Shown in pieces: positions 7,453-18,302 of a stretch of DNA of 64,000 bases (position 1 is the stretch's first letter; each line of letters begins with the position of its first letter). Source of the DNA: Opitutaceae bacterium (GTDB lineage Bacteria; Verrucomicrobiota; Verrucomicrobiia; Opitutales; Opitutaceae). Position numbers and translations under genes: made by a program. Where the stretch lies: NCBI GenBank assembly GCA_036401075.1, contig DASWVY010000036.1:16662-80661 (forward strand). Direction: 5' to 3'. Below the pieces are notes generated by a model. That model was given only the letters and a program-made list of their open reading frames with translations, searched no databases and was not told the DNA's origin.

Positions 7453-9794
7453 CTGCGAACGCTGTACGACCGTTGTTATTTGGGCGCGCGGTGAGCTCGA
7501 TTCACTGTGTGGGCGTGGCCGGCATGGGCGTCGGCCCGCTGGCGATCTATCTGGTCCGCCGTGGCTTTGTTGTGAGCGGCGAGGATGACGCGATGACGGA
7601 TGTCATGCGCGTACAACTCGAGCGTGCGGGCGTTCGCCTCACGGCGACCGGTGATCTTCCAGCCGACTGCGGTCTCGTGGCCTACTCGTCGGCGATTGCC
7701 CCGACGCATCCCGCCGTGGTGGCGGCGAAGGCGCGCGGCCTGCCGATGGTGCGACGCGGCGAACTCCTCGCCGAGGTCACCCGGGACCAAAAGCTCGTCG
7801 CGGTGTGCGGATCGCATGGCAAGACGACCACCTCCGCGATGCTGGCCACGGCGCTGGTGCGCGCCGGGTTTCCGTCCGGGTACGTTCTGGGCGGACTGAT
7901 CGGTGACGACGCCTTTCCGCCCGCGGCTGCGGGCTCGAACGGCTGGGTGATTGCCGAGATCGATGAGAGCGACGGCACGATCGGACGTTTTTCGCCGGAG
8001 ATCACGCTCGCGGTGAACCTGGATTGGGATCACCCGGACCATTACCGGCAGCTCTCGGATCTGGAAGCCGCGTTTGCCGCGCTGTTTTCCCGGACGCGGA
8101 GCACGGTGCTCGTTAACGCAACGTGTGCGCTGTCGCGCCGCATCGCGACGCAGACCACGGGCGGCGCGTCGGTGGCGACCTTTGGTCCGGGGGCGGACTA
8201 TGCCGGCACCGTGGCGAAGGAGGACGCGTCCGGACTGCAGCTCACACTCGGCGGAAAATTTTCCATCGGGCAGGCGGATGTACATGCGGCCGGAGAGTTC
8301 AATGCCTTCAACGCGACGGCGGCGCTCGCCGCCGCGCAGCTCATGGGCGTGCGCCTTGCCTCGAATCTGCTGGCGGGCTACGCGGGCGTTCGCCGGCGGC
8401 AGAGCCTGCTGCATGCGGACGCGGCGATCACGGTGGTGGAGGATTATGCGCACCATCCGGCGGAGATCCGTGCGCTGCTGGCGAGTCTGCGCCGGCGGGT
8501 CAGCCCGGGCGGACGGCTGGTCGTGGTTTTCCAGCCCCATCGTTTCAGCCGGACCCGGCAGTTTCTTGGTGATTTCGCCGACGTGCTGACCACGGCGGAC
8601 TCGGTGCATCTTCTCGATGTCTACGGTGCCGGTGAGGCGCCGATGCCGGGCGGAACGACCGGTGATCTGGCCGACGCCGTCCGGCGGCTCGCGCCGGCCA
8701 AGGCGCTTTCCTATCAGGCCGGAAACGTGAAAGCCGCGCTGACGGCGCTCGACGCCGACGTGCGGGCGGGCGACCTGGTGGCGGTGGTGGGCGCGGGCGA
8801 CATCGACCAGGCCGCGCGGCAGTGGCTGGCCGCCCGTAAGCAGACTTTGATGAAGACGACGGACTGGGACGGATTGGCGGAGGCGTGGCGTGGAGCGGTT
8901 TCCGCCGCGACCAAGGTGAAGCGCGAGGAATCGCTGGCCGAGAAGACCACGATGCGGGTCGGCGGTGCGGCGCGGATCTACGCGGAGCCGGCCAGTCTGC
9001 CGGATCTCCAGGCCCTGCTGCGCGCGGCCGCGCAGGCAGGGGTGCCCGTGCAGGTGCTGGGACGTGGATCGAACCTGCTCGTTCCGGACACGGGCGTCGA
9101 CGGCCTGGTGCTGAGCCTGCGTCAGGCGGCGTGGGAGACGTTTGAGCCGCTGCCGGACGGGCGCGTGCGGGTCGGGGCGGGCTTGCGTCTCAAGAATCTT
9201 TGCGGCCTTGCGATCAAAGCCGGCTTGGTGGGCTTCGAGTTCCTTGAAGGCATCCCGGGAAATGTCGGTGGCGCCTTGCGCATGAACGCGGGCGCGATGG
9301 GCGGCTGGATGTTCGACGTCGTCGCCGAGGTGACGCTGATCACCTATGCCGGTGAGGTGAAGACGCTCCGGAAGGAGGAGATGCATGTGGATTACCGGCA
9401 CTGTGCCGAGTTGCACGATGCGATCGCGCTCGGCGCGATCCTGCGTCCGGCGGCTCAGGCCGAGGCGGAGGCGATCAGCCGCCAGGTCGATGCCTATCGG
9501 GAGAAACGCCAGAAGTCCCAGCCGCGCGAACCGAGTGCCGGGTGCATTTTCAAGAACCCGCCGGGCGACTCCGCCGGCCGCCTGATCGACCAGTCCGGCC
9601 TCAAGGGCGAGCGGGTGGGGGACGCGGAGGTTTCGCCGGTGCACGCCAATTTCATCGTCAACCGCGGCCACGCGACCAGCGCCGACGTGATTGCGCTCGT
9701 GCGCAAGGTCCGCGCCCGGGTCGAGGCGGCCAAAGGCGTCAAGCTCGAGCCCGAGGTCCTGCTCTACGGCCAGCGCTGGGAGGATGTGCTGTGA
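7449..9794 (+). CDS. murC: fused UDP-N-acetylmuramate--L-alanine ligase / UDP-N-acetylenolpyruvoylglucosamine reductase (MurC-MurB)
   Basis: One uninterrupted frame. The N-terminal half is MurC-like (HCVGVAGMGVGPLA, P-loop VCGSHGKTTTSAM, EDYAHHPAEI). The C-terminal half is MurB-like (TTMRVGGAARIY, GRGSNLLV, EGIPGNVGGALRMNAG, PSAGCIFKNP). The ORF opens at 7281, but GTG 7449 (GTGA overlap with the murG stop) is the likely start. Confidence 0.85.
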   Translation: MTANAVRPLLFGRAVSSIHCVGVAGMGVGPLAIYLVRRGFVVSGEDDAMTDVMRVQLERAGVRLTATGDLPADCGLVAYSSAIAPTHPAVVAAKARGLPMVRRGELLAEVTRDQKLVAVCGSHGKTTTSAMLATALVRAGFPSGYVLGGLIGDDAFPPAAAGSNGWVIAEIDESDGTIGRFSPEITLAVNLDWDHPDHYRQLSDLEAAFAALFSRTRSTVLVNATCALSRRIATQTTGGASVATFGPGADYAGTVAKEDASGLQLTLGGKFSIGQADVHAAGEFNAFNATAALAAAQLMGVRLASNLLAGYAGVRRRQSLLHADAAITVVEDYAHHPAEIRALLASLRRRVSPGGRLVVVFQPHRFSRTRQFLGDFADVLTTADSVHLLDVYGAGEAPMPGGTTGDLADAVRRLAPAKALSYQAGNVKAALTALDADVRAGDLVAVVGAGDIDQAARQWLAARKQTLMKTTDWDGLAEAWRGAVSAATKVKREESLAEKTTMRVGGAARIYAEPASLPDLQALLRAAAQAGVPVQVLGRGSNLLVPDTGVDGLVLSLRQAAWETFEPLPDGRVRVGAGLRLKNLCGLAIKAGLVGFEFLEGIPGNVGGALRMNAGAMGGWMFDVVAEVTLITYAGEVKTLRKEEMHVDYRHCAELHDAIALGAILRPAAQAEAEAISRQVDAYREKRQKSQPREPSAGCIFKNPPGDSAGRLIDQSGLKGERVGDAEVSPVHANFIVNRGHATSADVIALVRKVRARVEAAKGVKLEPEVLLYGQRWEDVL

Positions 9795-9902
9795 TCCATT
9801 GCGGACAGCGGATTCCCGCTTGCGGAATGACCGTAACCCAATCCATCGCCCGCCGTGTTTGCTCGATCTGATCACTCTCTCTTCCGCATTCCGAAATTCA
9901 CC

Positions 9903-10844
9903 ATGATCCCATCCCCCATCATCGCCGTTCTCTGTGGCGGCACCTCGGCTGAGCGTGAGGTGTCGCTGGGCTCCGGGCGGGCTTCCGCGCAAGCGCTGGC
10001 CCGGTCGTTTCCGACCCGGGTGTTTGAAGTGAACGCCAACGCTCTGCCTCCGGGCCTAGATCCGGCGCTGCACGTCGTCTTTTCCACCCTCCACGGCACC
10101 TTCGGTGAGGATGGCGGCATGCAGCGCCTGCTCGAAGCTGCGGGCATCGCCTATGCCGGCTGCGGGGTTGAGGCCAGCGCCCTGACCATGGACAAGACCC
10201 GGACCAAGCAGGCGGTCGCGACCCGCGGGGTTAAGGTGGCCAAGGGGTTGGTCTTTGATGCGGCCAAGAAGCCCTCCGCAGCGGAGGTGATGGCGGCCGT
10301 GGGCGAATCCGTGGTGATCAAGCCGAACGCCGAAGGCAGCAGCGTCGGGCTCAGTCTCCCGGGCACCCGGGCCGAACTCGAGGCCGCCCTCGCGGGCATC
10401 ACCCGCGGATCCTGGCTGGCCGAGCAGCGGTTGACCGGGCGGGAGTGCTCGATTGGCGTCCTCAACGGCAAGGCCCTCGGCGCGGTGGAGGTGCGTCCGA
10501 AGTCGGGCGTGTATGATTTCACGAGCAAGTACACCAAGGGCATGACCGAGTACCTGGCGCCCGCGCCGTTTGAGCCGGCAGTGACGGCGGCGGTGCAGGC
10601 GGCGGCCGAGGCGGCCTTTGCGGCCTGCGGCTGCCGCGACTACGCACGCATCGACTTCATAGTTTCTGCGCAAAACGAACCGTTTTTGCTCGAAATCAAC
10701 ACGCTCCCGGGCATGAAAGAAACCAGCTTGCTGCCGATGAGTGCGCGCTGCGCGGGAATGGACTTTACGGCGTTGGTGAGGGAACTGGTTTTGCCTGCGT
10801 TGGCGCGTGCTCAAGGGGCGCAGCCTGCCCGCATCCGTCCATGA
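9903..10844 (+). CDS. ddl: D-alanine--D-alanine ligase
   Basis: 313 aa from ATG 9903 (the ORF opens at GTG 9855). ATP-grasp protein with motifs HGTFGEDGGMQ and EINTLPGM. Confidence 0.9.
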   Translation: MIPSPIIAVLCGGTSAEREVSLGSGRASAQALARSFPTRVFEVNANALPPGLDPALHVVFSTLHGTFGEDGGMQRLLEAAGIAYAGCGVEASALTMDKTRTKQAVATRGVKVAKGLVFDAAKKPSAAEVMAAVGESVVIKPNAEGSSVGLSLPGTRAELEAALAGITRGSWLAEQRLTGRECSIGVLNGKALGAVEVRPKSGVYDFTSKYTKGMTEYLAPAPFEPAVTAAVQAAAEAAFAACGCRDYARIDFIVSAQNEPFLLEINTLPGMKETSLLPMSARCAGMDFTALVRELVLPALARAQGAQPARIRP

Positions 10845-11809
10845 GCAAACTCGACTCCGCTACCCCCGTCGCCCGGAACTGGCGCGACATCCCGCAGACC
10901 GTTGCGCCGCGCGCAATGTCGACGGAGGGCCGTCGTCGCCTGGCGTTCTCGACCGGCAAGTTGATCGCCACGTGTGCCCTTTCGGCCGCGGCCCTCTGGG
11001 GCGGCTTCGAAATCTGGCGGACGTGGGAAACCGCTCCGCAAACCCTCACCGCCGCGGGCAAGGGTGAGCCGGTCAAGACGATCGAGCTGCGCACCGACGG
11101 GGTGCTCGATCTCTCGTGGGTGAACGACGTGCTCGCCCTTCCGCGCAATGTCGCGCTGATGGAACTCGATCTGCCGGGGTTGCAGTCGCGGCTGACGACG
11201 ACGGGGCAGGTTCGCACTGCAGTGCTGGTGCGCAAGTTTCCCTCCACGCTCGTCGTGACGCTGCAGGAACGCTCGCCGGTCGTGCGGATCCGTCCTGAAG
11301 CCGGCCCGGACCTGGTCGTTGCGCGCGATGGCACGGTGTACGCCGGCACGGGTTACGCGGATGACTTGATCACGTCACTGCCTTGGTTGGCGGGCGTGCG
11401 ACTCACGCGTGCGGGCGACGGCTATGTCCCGTTGACGGGCCTGGAGACGCTGGCGGAATTGCTGACCGTGACGCAGGCGAATGCGCCCGGACTGTATCGC
11501 AGCTGGAACGTGGTCGACCTCTCGCGCCTGCCCACCGACGGCGAGATCATCGTGCGCTCGAAAGACATTCCCGAGGTCGTGTTTGGCACCCGGGATGATT
11601 TCTTCACGCAGGTCGCGCTGCTCGACTCCACGATCGAGCAGATCGCGCTCAATCCGGCGCTCGGACAGCCAAGCCGGGTGAACCTTGCGGTGGGCGGCCG
11701 GCAGGTGCCGGTGGCATTTGGCGGCACGCCCGCGCCGACGCGCGCACCCGAGCCGGCCAAGCAGAATCCGACTTTCTTCCGCCCAATTCGTCCCATTTCC
11801 CTCGAGTAA
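10841..11809 (+). CDS. ftsQ: cell division protein FtsQ (POTRA domain)
   Basis: 322 aa. Single N-terminal TM (LIATCALSAAALWGGF) followed by a POTRA/FtsQ-type region. ATGA overlap with ddl. Immediately upstream of ftsA. Confidence 0.75.
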   Translation: MSKLDSATPVARNWRDIPQTVAPRAMSTEGRRRLAFSTGKLIATCALSAAALWGGFEIWRTWETAPQTLTAAGKGEPVKTIELRTDGVLDLSWVNDVLALPRNVALMELDLPGLQSRLTTTGQVRTAVLVRKFPSTLVVTLQERSPVVRIRPEAGPDLVVARDGTVYAGTGYADDLITSLPWLAGVRLTRAGDGYVPLTGLETLAELLTVTQANAPGLYRSWNVVDLSRLPTDGEIIVRSKDIPEVVFGTRDDFFTQVALLDSTIEQIALNPALGQPSRVNLAVGGRQVPVAFGGTPAPTRAPEPAKQNPTFFRPIRPISLE

Positions 11810-11810
11810 G

Positions 11811-13022
11811 ATGTCCAAGTCCCGCTTCATCGGTGCCGTCGAAATCGGCACCTCCAAGGTCGCCGTTCTCGTTGGCGAAGTCGTCAATGGCCGCAGCCTC
11901 AACCTGATCGGCTTTGGCGAGTGCCAGTCCCGCGGCGTGATCAAGGGCGCCGTGGCCGACTTCAAGGCCGCCAGCGACGCGGCGCACAGCGCACTGATGT
12001 CGGCCGAGCAGAGCGCGGGCGTGCGCATCGAGGAGGTCTATCTGGCCCAGACGGGCGCGCATCTCGAAGGTTTCTACAATGAAGCGTCGGTCAGCGTGAG
12101 CGCGGCCGACAACATGGTCAGCCAGGTCGACATCGACACGGTCTGCCGGCTGGCGAAGTCCAAGGCCCTGCCCGAGGGCCGCATGGTGGTGCACAACATC
12201 CGCCGCCCGTTTTATCTCGATGGCCGCATGGTGGGTTCGAATCCCGAACACCTCGTGGGTCAACGACTCGATGTCGGCTACTGGACCGTGCACGGCCAGG
12301 AGAACCGCATTGCGGACAATATCCATGTCATCCGCGGCTTCAATGTGCGGGTGGGGGACCTCATTCTCTCCAGCCTGGCCGCGGGCGCGGTGCTGACCTC
12401 CCCGCAGGACCGCCAGAACGGCGCGCTGGTCATCGACATCGGTGCGGGTACGACGGACTTTGCGCTCTATCGAGACGGTGGCGCTTTCGTGACCGGCGTG
12501 GTGCCGGTGGGCGGCAGCCACCTGACCAACGATTTGGCGCTCGGCCTCCGCGTGACGGAAGGTCAGGCGGAAAAACTCAAGCTGCGCTTCGGCCGCGGCA
12601 CGGTGTTGTCGAAGGACAAGACCGAAAAGGTCTGGCTCAACGGCGATTTCGCGATCGGCGACCGCCAGTTCCCCAAACACACGATCGAGACGATCACCTC
12701 CGCCCGCGCGTGGGAGGTGCTCGAAGTCGTGCGCAAGAAACTCGGCACCGCGTTCGTGCCGGAGAAGTGTGCGGCCGGCGTGATCCTCACGGGTGGCACC
12801 GCGCGTTTGCCGGGTCTGACGGAAGCCGCGGCCAAGGTCTTTGGCGTCGCGGTGCACATTGGCGAACTGCCGGGCGCGGTCGACGAGAAGCTGCGCGAAC
12901 CGGCCTTTGCCACGGTCACCGGCCTGCTTAATTACGGAGCCCAGTCGCGGGCGGAGTCCGCTCCGCCCAAGCGCTCCACGACCGGTGGATTCATCAAGAA
13001 GCTTTTCGCGGTGGGGAACTGA
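11811..13022 (+). CDS. ftsA: cell division protein FtsA
   Basis: 403 aa from ATG 11811; the ORF's longer N-terminus overlaps ftsQ and is Arg-rich. Actin-like ATPase motifs AVEIGTSKVAVLVGE and VIDIGAGTTDFALY. Confidence 0.9.
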   Translation: MSKSRFIGAVEIGTSKVAVLVGEVVNGRSLNLIGFGECQSRGVIKGAVADFKAASDAAHSALMSAEQSAGVRIEEVYLAQTGAHLEGFYNEASVSVSAADNMVSQVDIDTVCRLAKSKALPEGRMVVHNIRRPFYLDGRMVGSNPEHLVGQRLDVGYWTVHGQENRIADNIHVIRGFNVRVGDLILSSLAAGAVLTSPQDRQNGALVIDIGAGTTDFALYRDGGAFVTGVVPVGGSHLTNDLALGLRVTEGQAEKLKLRFGRGTVLSKDKTEKVWLNGDFAIGDRQFPKHTIETITSARAWEVLEVVRKKLGTAFVPEKCAAGVILTGGTARLPGLTEAAAKVFGVAVHIGELPGAVDEKLREPAFATVTGLLNYGAQSRAESAPPKRSTTGGFIKKLFAVGN

Positions 13023-13024
13023 CC

Positions 13025-14323
13025 ATGAACGTGACGTCGAATTCGAACGAACTGCCCCTCGCGACCGATCTGATGACGGATCGCAGCATTGCGATCAAGG
13101 TCATCGGCATTGGCGGCGCGGGCGCCAATGCCGTGGACCGGCTCAAGATGGAGAATCTCGAGCGCCTGCAGATGGCGGTGCTCAACACCGACCTTCAAGC
13201 CCTCTCGGCTTCTCCGGTGCAGGACAAGGTGCTGCTCGGTGCGTCGATCACGCGTGGTCTCGGAGCCGGCGGCGAACCTGACATCGGGCGCCAGGCGGCC
13301 GAGGTGGATCGCGAGAAAATTGCCGCGGTCGTAAAGGATTGCGACCTCGTGTTCCTCGTCGCTGGCATGGGTGGCGGCACGGGCAGCGGCGCCGCCCCGG
13401 TCATCGCGGAGATCGCGGCGGAATCGGGCGCGCTTGTGATCGCTTTCGTCACGTTGCCGTTCAGTTTTGAAGGGGGCCGACGGGCCAAGCAGGCCGAGGA
13501 AGGCCTGCAGACCCTGCGCCGCGCCTGCGACGCGGTGATCCCGTTGCCCAACGACATCCTGCTGCAGGAATCGGCGGACAGTGAGACCGCGCTCGATTCG
13601 TTTGCGCGCGCTGACGAGTGGATCGGCCGAGGCGTGAAGTCGATCTGGTCGATGCTGTTCCGTACCGGCCTGATCAATCTCGATTTTGCGACGTTGCGGC
13701 AGGCGTTCCATACCCGCGGCGGCAAGACCCTCTTTGGTCTCGGCAGCGGCGAGGGCGAGAACGCGGTGGCGGATGCGATTGAGAGCCTCAAGCTGTGCCC
13801 GCTGCTCGCCACGCCTGAATTTTCCCGCAAGGCGGATCGTGTGCTGGTCAATCTGATCGGTGGCACGGACCTCACGCTGCCCAAGGTCAACGAGATCATG
13901 TCGGCGGTCACCGAGCAGTTTGGCCGCGATTCCCATGTGATCATGGGCGCGGTGATCGACGAACAGATGCAGGGCAAGGTGGAAGTCTGCGTGCTCGGCA
14001 CCAGCGATGTCGGTGGCCGCATCCCGGTGCGGCGCCCAGCCACGCCGGCGCGCGCCCGCACGGCCCAGCCTCAGCCGGCGACGCCCGCTCCGCAGGTCGA
14101 GCCGCGGATGTCATCCCAGGCCTCCGGCGTGTTTCCGGCGGTCGGTCAGGCTGTGGCTCAACCGGCCGCCGTACCCTCGGCGCGCGCGGTGCAGGAGGAG
14201 ATGATGCTCGCCGGCGAGGCCGAAACGCGGGGCTACTTCGAGCGTACGGACCGGAACCTGTTCGAAGGTCAGGATCTCGACGTCCCGACCTACCTCCGCA
14301 AGGGCATCAAGATCGTACTCTGA
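13025..14323 (+). CDS. ftsZ: cell division protein FtsZ
   Basis: 432 aa. GIGGAGANAV, tubulin signature GGGTGSGAAPVIAEIA, and the conserved C-terminal peptide DLDVPTYLRKGI. Confidence 0.97.
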   Translation: MNVTSNSNELPLATDLMTDRSIAIKVIGIGGAGANAVDRLKMENLERLQMAVLNTDLQALSASPVQDKVLLGASITRGLGAGGEPDIGRQAAEVDREKIAAVVKDCDLVFLVAGMGGGTGSGAAPVIAEIAAESGALVIAFVTLPFSFEGGRRAKQAEEGLQTLRRACDAVIPLPNDILLQESADSETALDSFARADEWIGRGVKSIWSMLFRTGLINLDFATLRQAFHTRGGKTLFGLGSGEGENAVADAIESLKLCPLLATPEFSRKADRVLVNLIGGTDLTLPKVNEIMSAVTEQFGRDSHVIMGAVIDEQMQGKVEVCVLGTSDVGGRIPVRRPATPARARTAQPQPATPAPQVEPRMSSQASGVFPAVGQAVAQPAAVPSARAVQEEMMLAGEAETRGYFERTDRNLFEGQDLDVPTYLRKGIKIVL

Positions 14324-14421
14324 GCTGCCCGACCGGTTCGGTCGCGTCGCCCGACTGTTGCAAGGCAACGGCCTCCGCGTGGTTGACGGAATCTGGGCCC
14401 AGCGATTGGGTGGGGTTGGTG

Positions 14422-16446
14422 ATGTCCTTTGTGCGGTCTCTCGTTTGCTTTGGCTGGCTGCTGCTTGCTCTGGCTGGCGGTTTGCACGCGCAGTCGGTCA
14501 ATCCCGTTGCCGGGGAGGTGGAGTATGCGCTCCTCCCGTCCGGACTGGATCGCGCCGCCGCCGAGACTGCGTGGACGGCGGGGGCATTTGTCCCCATGCC
14601 CGCCGGGGGGGAGCTCCCGGCCACGGGAGGCGGACAGGACCTTTGGCTTCGCATCGGCTGGTCGAATCCCCGAGCGCAGGCGCACCTGATCGCGCTCGAG
14701 CTGAACGACTTTTTCGAGGACGACACGTCGTTCTTTGTTTGGGACGATGCGGCCGGCCGTTGGGCCGAACATCGGGTGGGCGAGCGGGTGCCGTATCCGC
14801 AGCGCTCCCTCTGGGGGCGCGAGCCCGTCGCCTGGTTTTCGACCCCGGCGGTTGATCGGTTCGTGATGTGGGTGAATGCCCGCAACGACGAATCGCAATG
14901 GCCGCTTTTCAAGGTTCATGATCCGGCGGACAACTACCTGAAGAGCCGGCGCACACACGACGTCTGGCTTGGCTTCTACTACGGCGCGCTGCTCGCGCTC
15001 GGCCTGTACAACCTGTTTCTCTACGGCGTTCTGCGCCGGGCCGAAATTCTCTACTTCCTCCTCTACGTTGCGACCTTCGGCGTTGGTTTCTTCCTCTATC
15101 AGGGCCTCCACTTCCAGTGGTTGCCGTGGTTGCAGTCGCCCCACCACAACCTGGTGATCGCAGCGTGCACCTGCGCCTCGATCTATGCGCTGGTGCAGTT
15201 CAGTCGGAATTTTCTTGGGACGGCCGAGCATATCCCGCGCTACGAACCTTGGATGATCCGGCTCGGCCGGCTTTTTGCCACCGTCTGCGTGCTTCTGGCG
15301 GTGTACATGGTCGTGATCGCGATTCGCCGCGACCTGTGGGCTGATCACCCCGGCTTTTACCTGACCATCTTCAAGGTGCTTTCGCTGCTGACGGCGTCGG
15401 GTTACGCCGTGATTTCGTTTTTGGCGGCGGCGGCGCTGAAAGCCGGGCGGCGCGAGGCTCGCTTTTACCTGCTCGGATTCGGGGCAATCTACCTCTTCCT
15501 GATCCCGGTGCTGGTGTCGCAGGCGCGAGGCACCGCGGTGGCCTCGGATGTGTACTGGGTGCAGATCGGCTCATCCGTGGAGATGCTGTTGTTCGCCTTC
15601 GCGCTCGCGGACAAGATCCGCAACATGCGCGACGAGAAGAACGCGGCCGAGGAGAAGGCGCTCGCCGAGTCGGCGGAGCGAACCCGGCTGGAGCGGGCGA
15701 ACGAGGAGATTCTCCGGCAGAAGCAGCAGCTCGAGGAACTTGATCGCCAGAAGAGCGAGTTCCTGGGGATTGCCGCGCATGACCTGAAGAACCCACTCAA
15801 CGCGGTGCAGGGCATTGCGGAGGTGCTGAATGAGGACGAGAAACTTCCGATCGATCAGCGTATGCCGACGAGCGAGCGGAAGGAATTCCTCTCCGATATC
15901 GCGGATTCGTCGCACCAGATGCTCAGCATCATTGAGAGCCTGCTCGAAACGGATGCGCTCGAGAGCGGCCGCTTGCAGTTGCAGCGGGCGCCTTACCCGC
16001 TGGTCGGTCTCGTGGACCGTTCCTGGCGCGGCCTCGCTCGGTCGGCCGAAGCCAAGCGGATTTCCGCGAGCATCCGCGTTCCGGCGCACCTCAAGGTGCT
16101 GGTCGACGCCGATCGTTTCCAGCGCGTGCTGGAGAACCTGCTCAGCAATGCGATCAAGTACTCGCCGGCCGGCGGAGCGATCCTCCTCCAGGCCGTCGAG
16201 AGCGATGTTCCCGGCAAGATCGTGATCGCCCTGCATGATTCCGGCCCTGGTTTCAGTGCTGCCGACATGCCCCAACTGTTCGGTCGCTATCGCAAGCTTT
16301 CGGCGCGACCAACCGCCGGCGAAAGCTCGAGCGGGCTCGGGTTGTACATCGTTCACCGCCTGCTCGAGCTGCAGGGCGGCAAGATCGCGCTGGTCAGCCC
16401 TCCGGGACAGAGCGCGATTTTCCGGATCGAAGTGCCGTCGGCGTAG
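14422..16446 (+). CDS. 7TMR-DISM-type sensor histidine kinase
   Basis: Signal peptide, a periplasmic domain, a 7-TM block (LGFYYGALLALGLYNLFLYG..) and a coiled coil. H-box FLGIAAHDLKNPLN and HATPase_c GLGLYIVHRLLELQGG. The ORF opens at TTG 14383; ATG 14422 is preferred. Confidence 0.85.
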   Translation: MSFVRSLVCFGWLLLALAGGLHAQSVNPVAGEVEYALLPSGLDRAAAETAWTAGAFVPMPAGGELPATGGGQDLWLRIGWSNPRAQAHLIALELNDFFEDDTSFFVWDDAAGRWAEHRVGERVPYPQRSLWGREPVAWFSTPAVDRFVMWVNARNDESQWPLFKVHDPADNYLKSRRTHDVWLGFYYGALLALGLYNLFLYGVLRRAEILYFLLYVATFGVGFFLYQGLHFQWLPWLQSPHHNLVIAACTCASIYALVQFSRNFLGTAEHIPRYEPWMIRLGRLFATVCVLLAVYMVVIAIRRDLWADHPGFYLTIFKVLSLLTASGYAVISFLAAAALKAGRREARFYLLGFGAIYLFLIPVLVSQARGTAVASDVYWVQIGSSVEMLLFAFALADKIRNMRDEKNAAEEKALAESAERTRLERANEEILRQKQQLEELDRQKSEFLGIAAHDLKNPLNAVQGIAEVLNEDEKLPIDQRMPTSERKEFLSDIADSSHQMLSIIESLLETDALESGRLQLQRAPYPLVGLVDRSWRGLARSAEAKRISASIRVPAHLKVLVDADRFQRVLENLLSNAIKYSPAGGAILLQAVESDVPGKIVIALHDSGPGFSAADMPQLFGRYRKLSARPTAGESSSGLGLYIVHRLLELQGGKIALVSPPGQSAIFRIEVPSA

Positions 16447-16462
16447 CCTGCGCGGAGGCGCG

Positions 16463-17754
<1,292 letters not shown>

Positions 17755-17768
17755 GCCAGCGTCGCCGC

Positions 17769-18296
17769 ATGTCCATCTCCGCCGAACATCGTCCTCTTCT
17801 GATGCGCGCCAATCGGCTGATGGGCGCGCAGCTGGTCGAGCACAACCTCGTGAAGATCGAGGACCTCGAGTCGGCGAATGAGCGTCTGCTTGAACTCGTG
17901 GCAGAGGGCAACCCACGTCAGAGCACCGTCCTCGGCGTGCTCGCGTATGAAAAGAAAGTGGTCAAGGAGGACGACATCCTGACCCATCTCGCCGATTCCG
18001 AGGGGATTGGCTTGGTCGACCTGCGCAACTACGAGGTGTCGGAGGAACTCCGCAACACGCTCGACCTCGGCGCCTGCTGGGCGACGTGGTCCGTGCCCTT
18101 TGACAAGGAGGAGGATTTTCACTGCGTCGCGACCGCGTATTACCTGAGTCCCGCCGTGCGCACCTACTGGGAAAAGCAGCTGGGCGGCCCGGTGATCTGG
18201 TACGGCACCTCGCTCGAGGTGGTTGGTGATTTCCTCGAAAAACTCGAAGCGGAGCGCAAGCAGGCGCCCGCGGGTTCAACCACCCCGGCCCGCTGA
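17769..18296 (+). CDS. stand-alone GspE/PilB N-terminal-domain-like protein
   Basis: 175 aa. By eye it resembles the T2SSE_N/MshEN region (LMGAQLVEHNLVKIEDLESANERL, then GLVDLRNYEVSEELRNTLDLGACWATWSVPF..). Ends 7 nt before the ATPase gene. The family call comes from pattern recognition only. Confidence 0.6.
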   Translation: MSISAEHRPLLMRANRLMGAQLVEHNLVKIEDLESANERLLELVAEGNPRQSTVLGVLAYEKKVVKEDDILTHLADSEGIGLVDLRNYEVSEELRNTLDLGACWATWSVPFDKEEDFHCVATAYYLSPAVRTYWEKQLGGPVIWYGTSLEVVGDFLEKLEAERKQAPAGSTTPAR

Positions 18297-18302
18297 TCCG
18301 CC

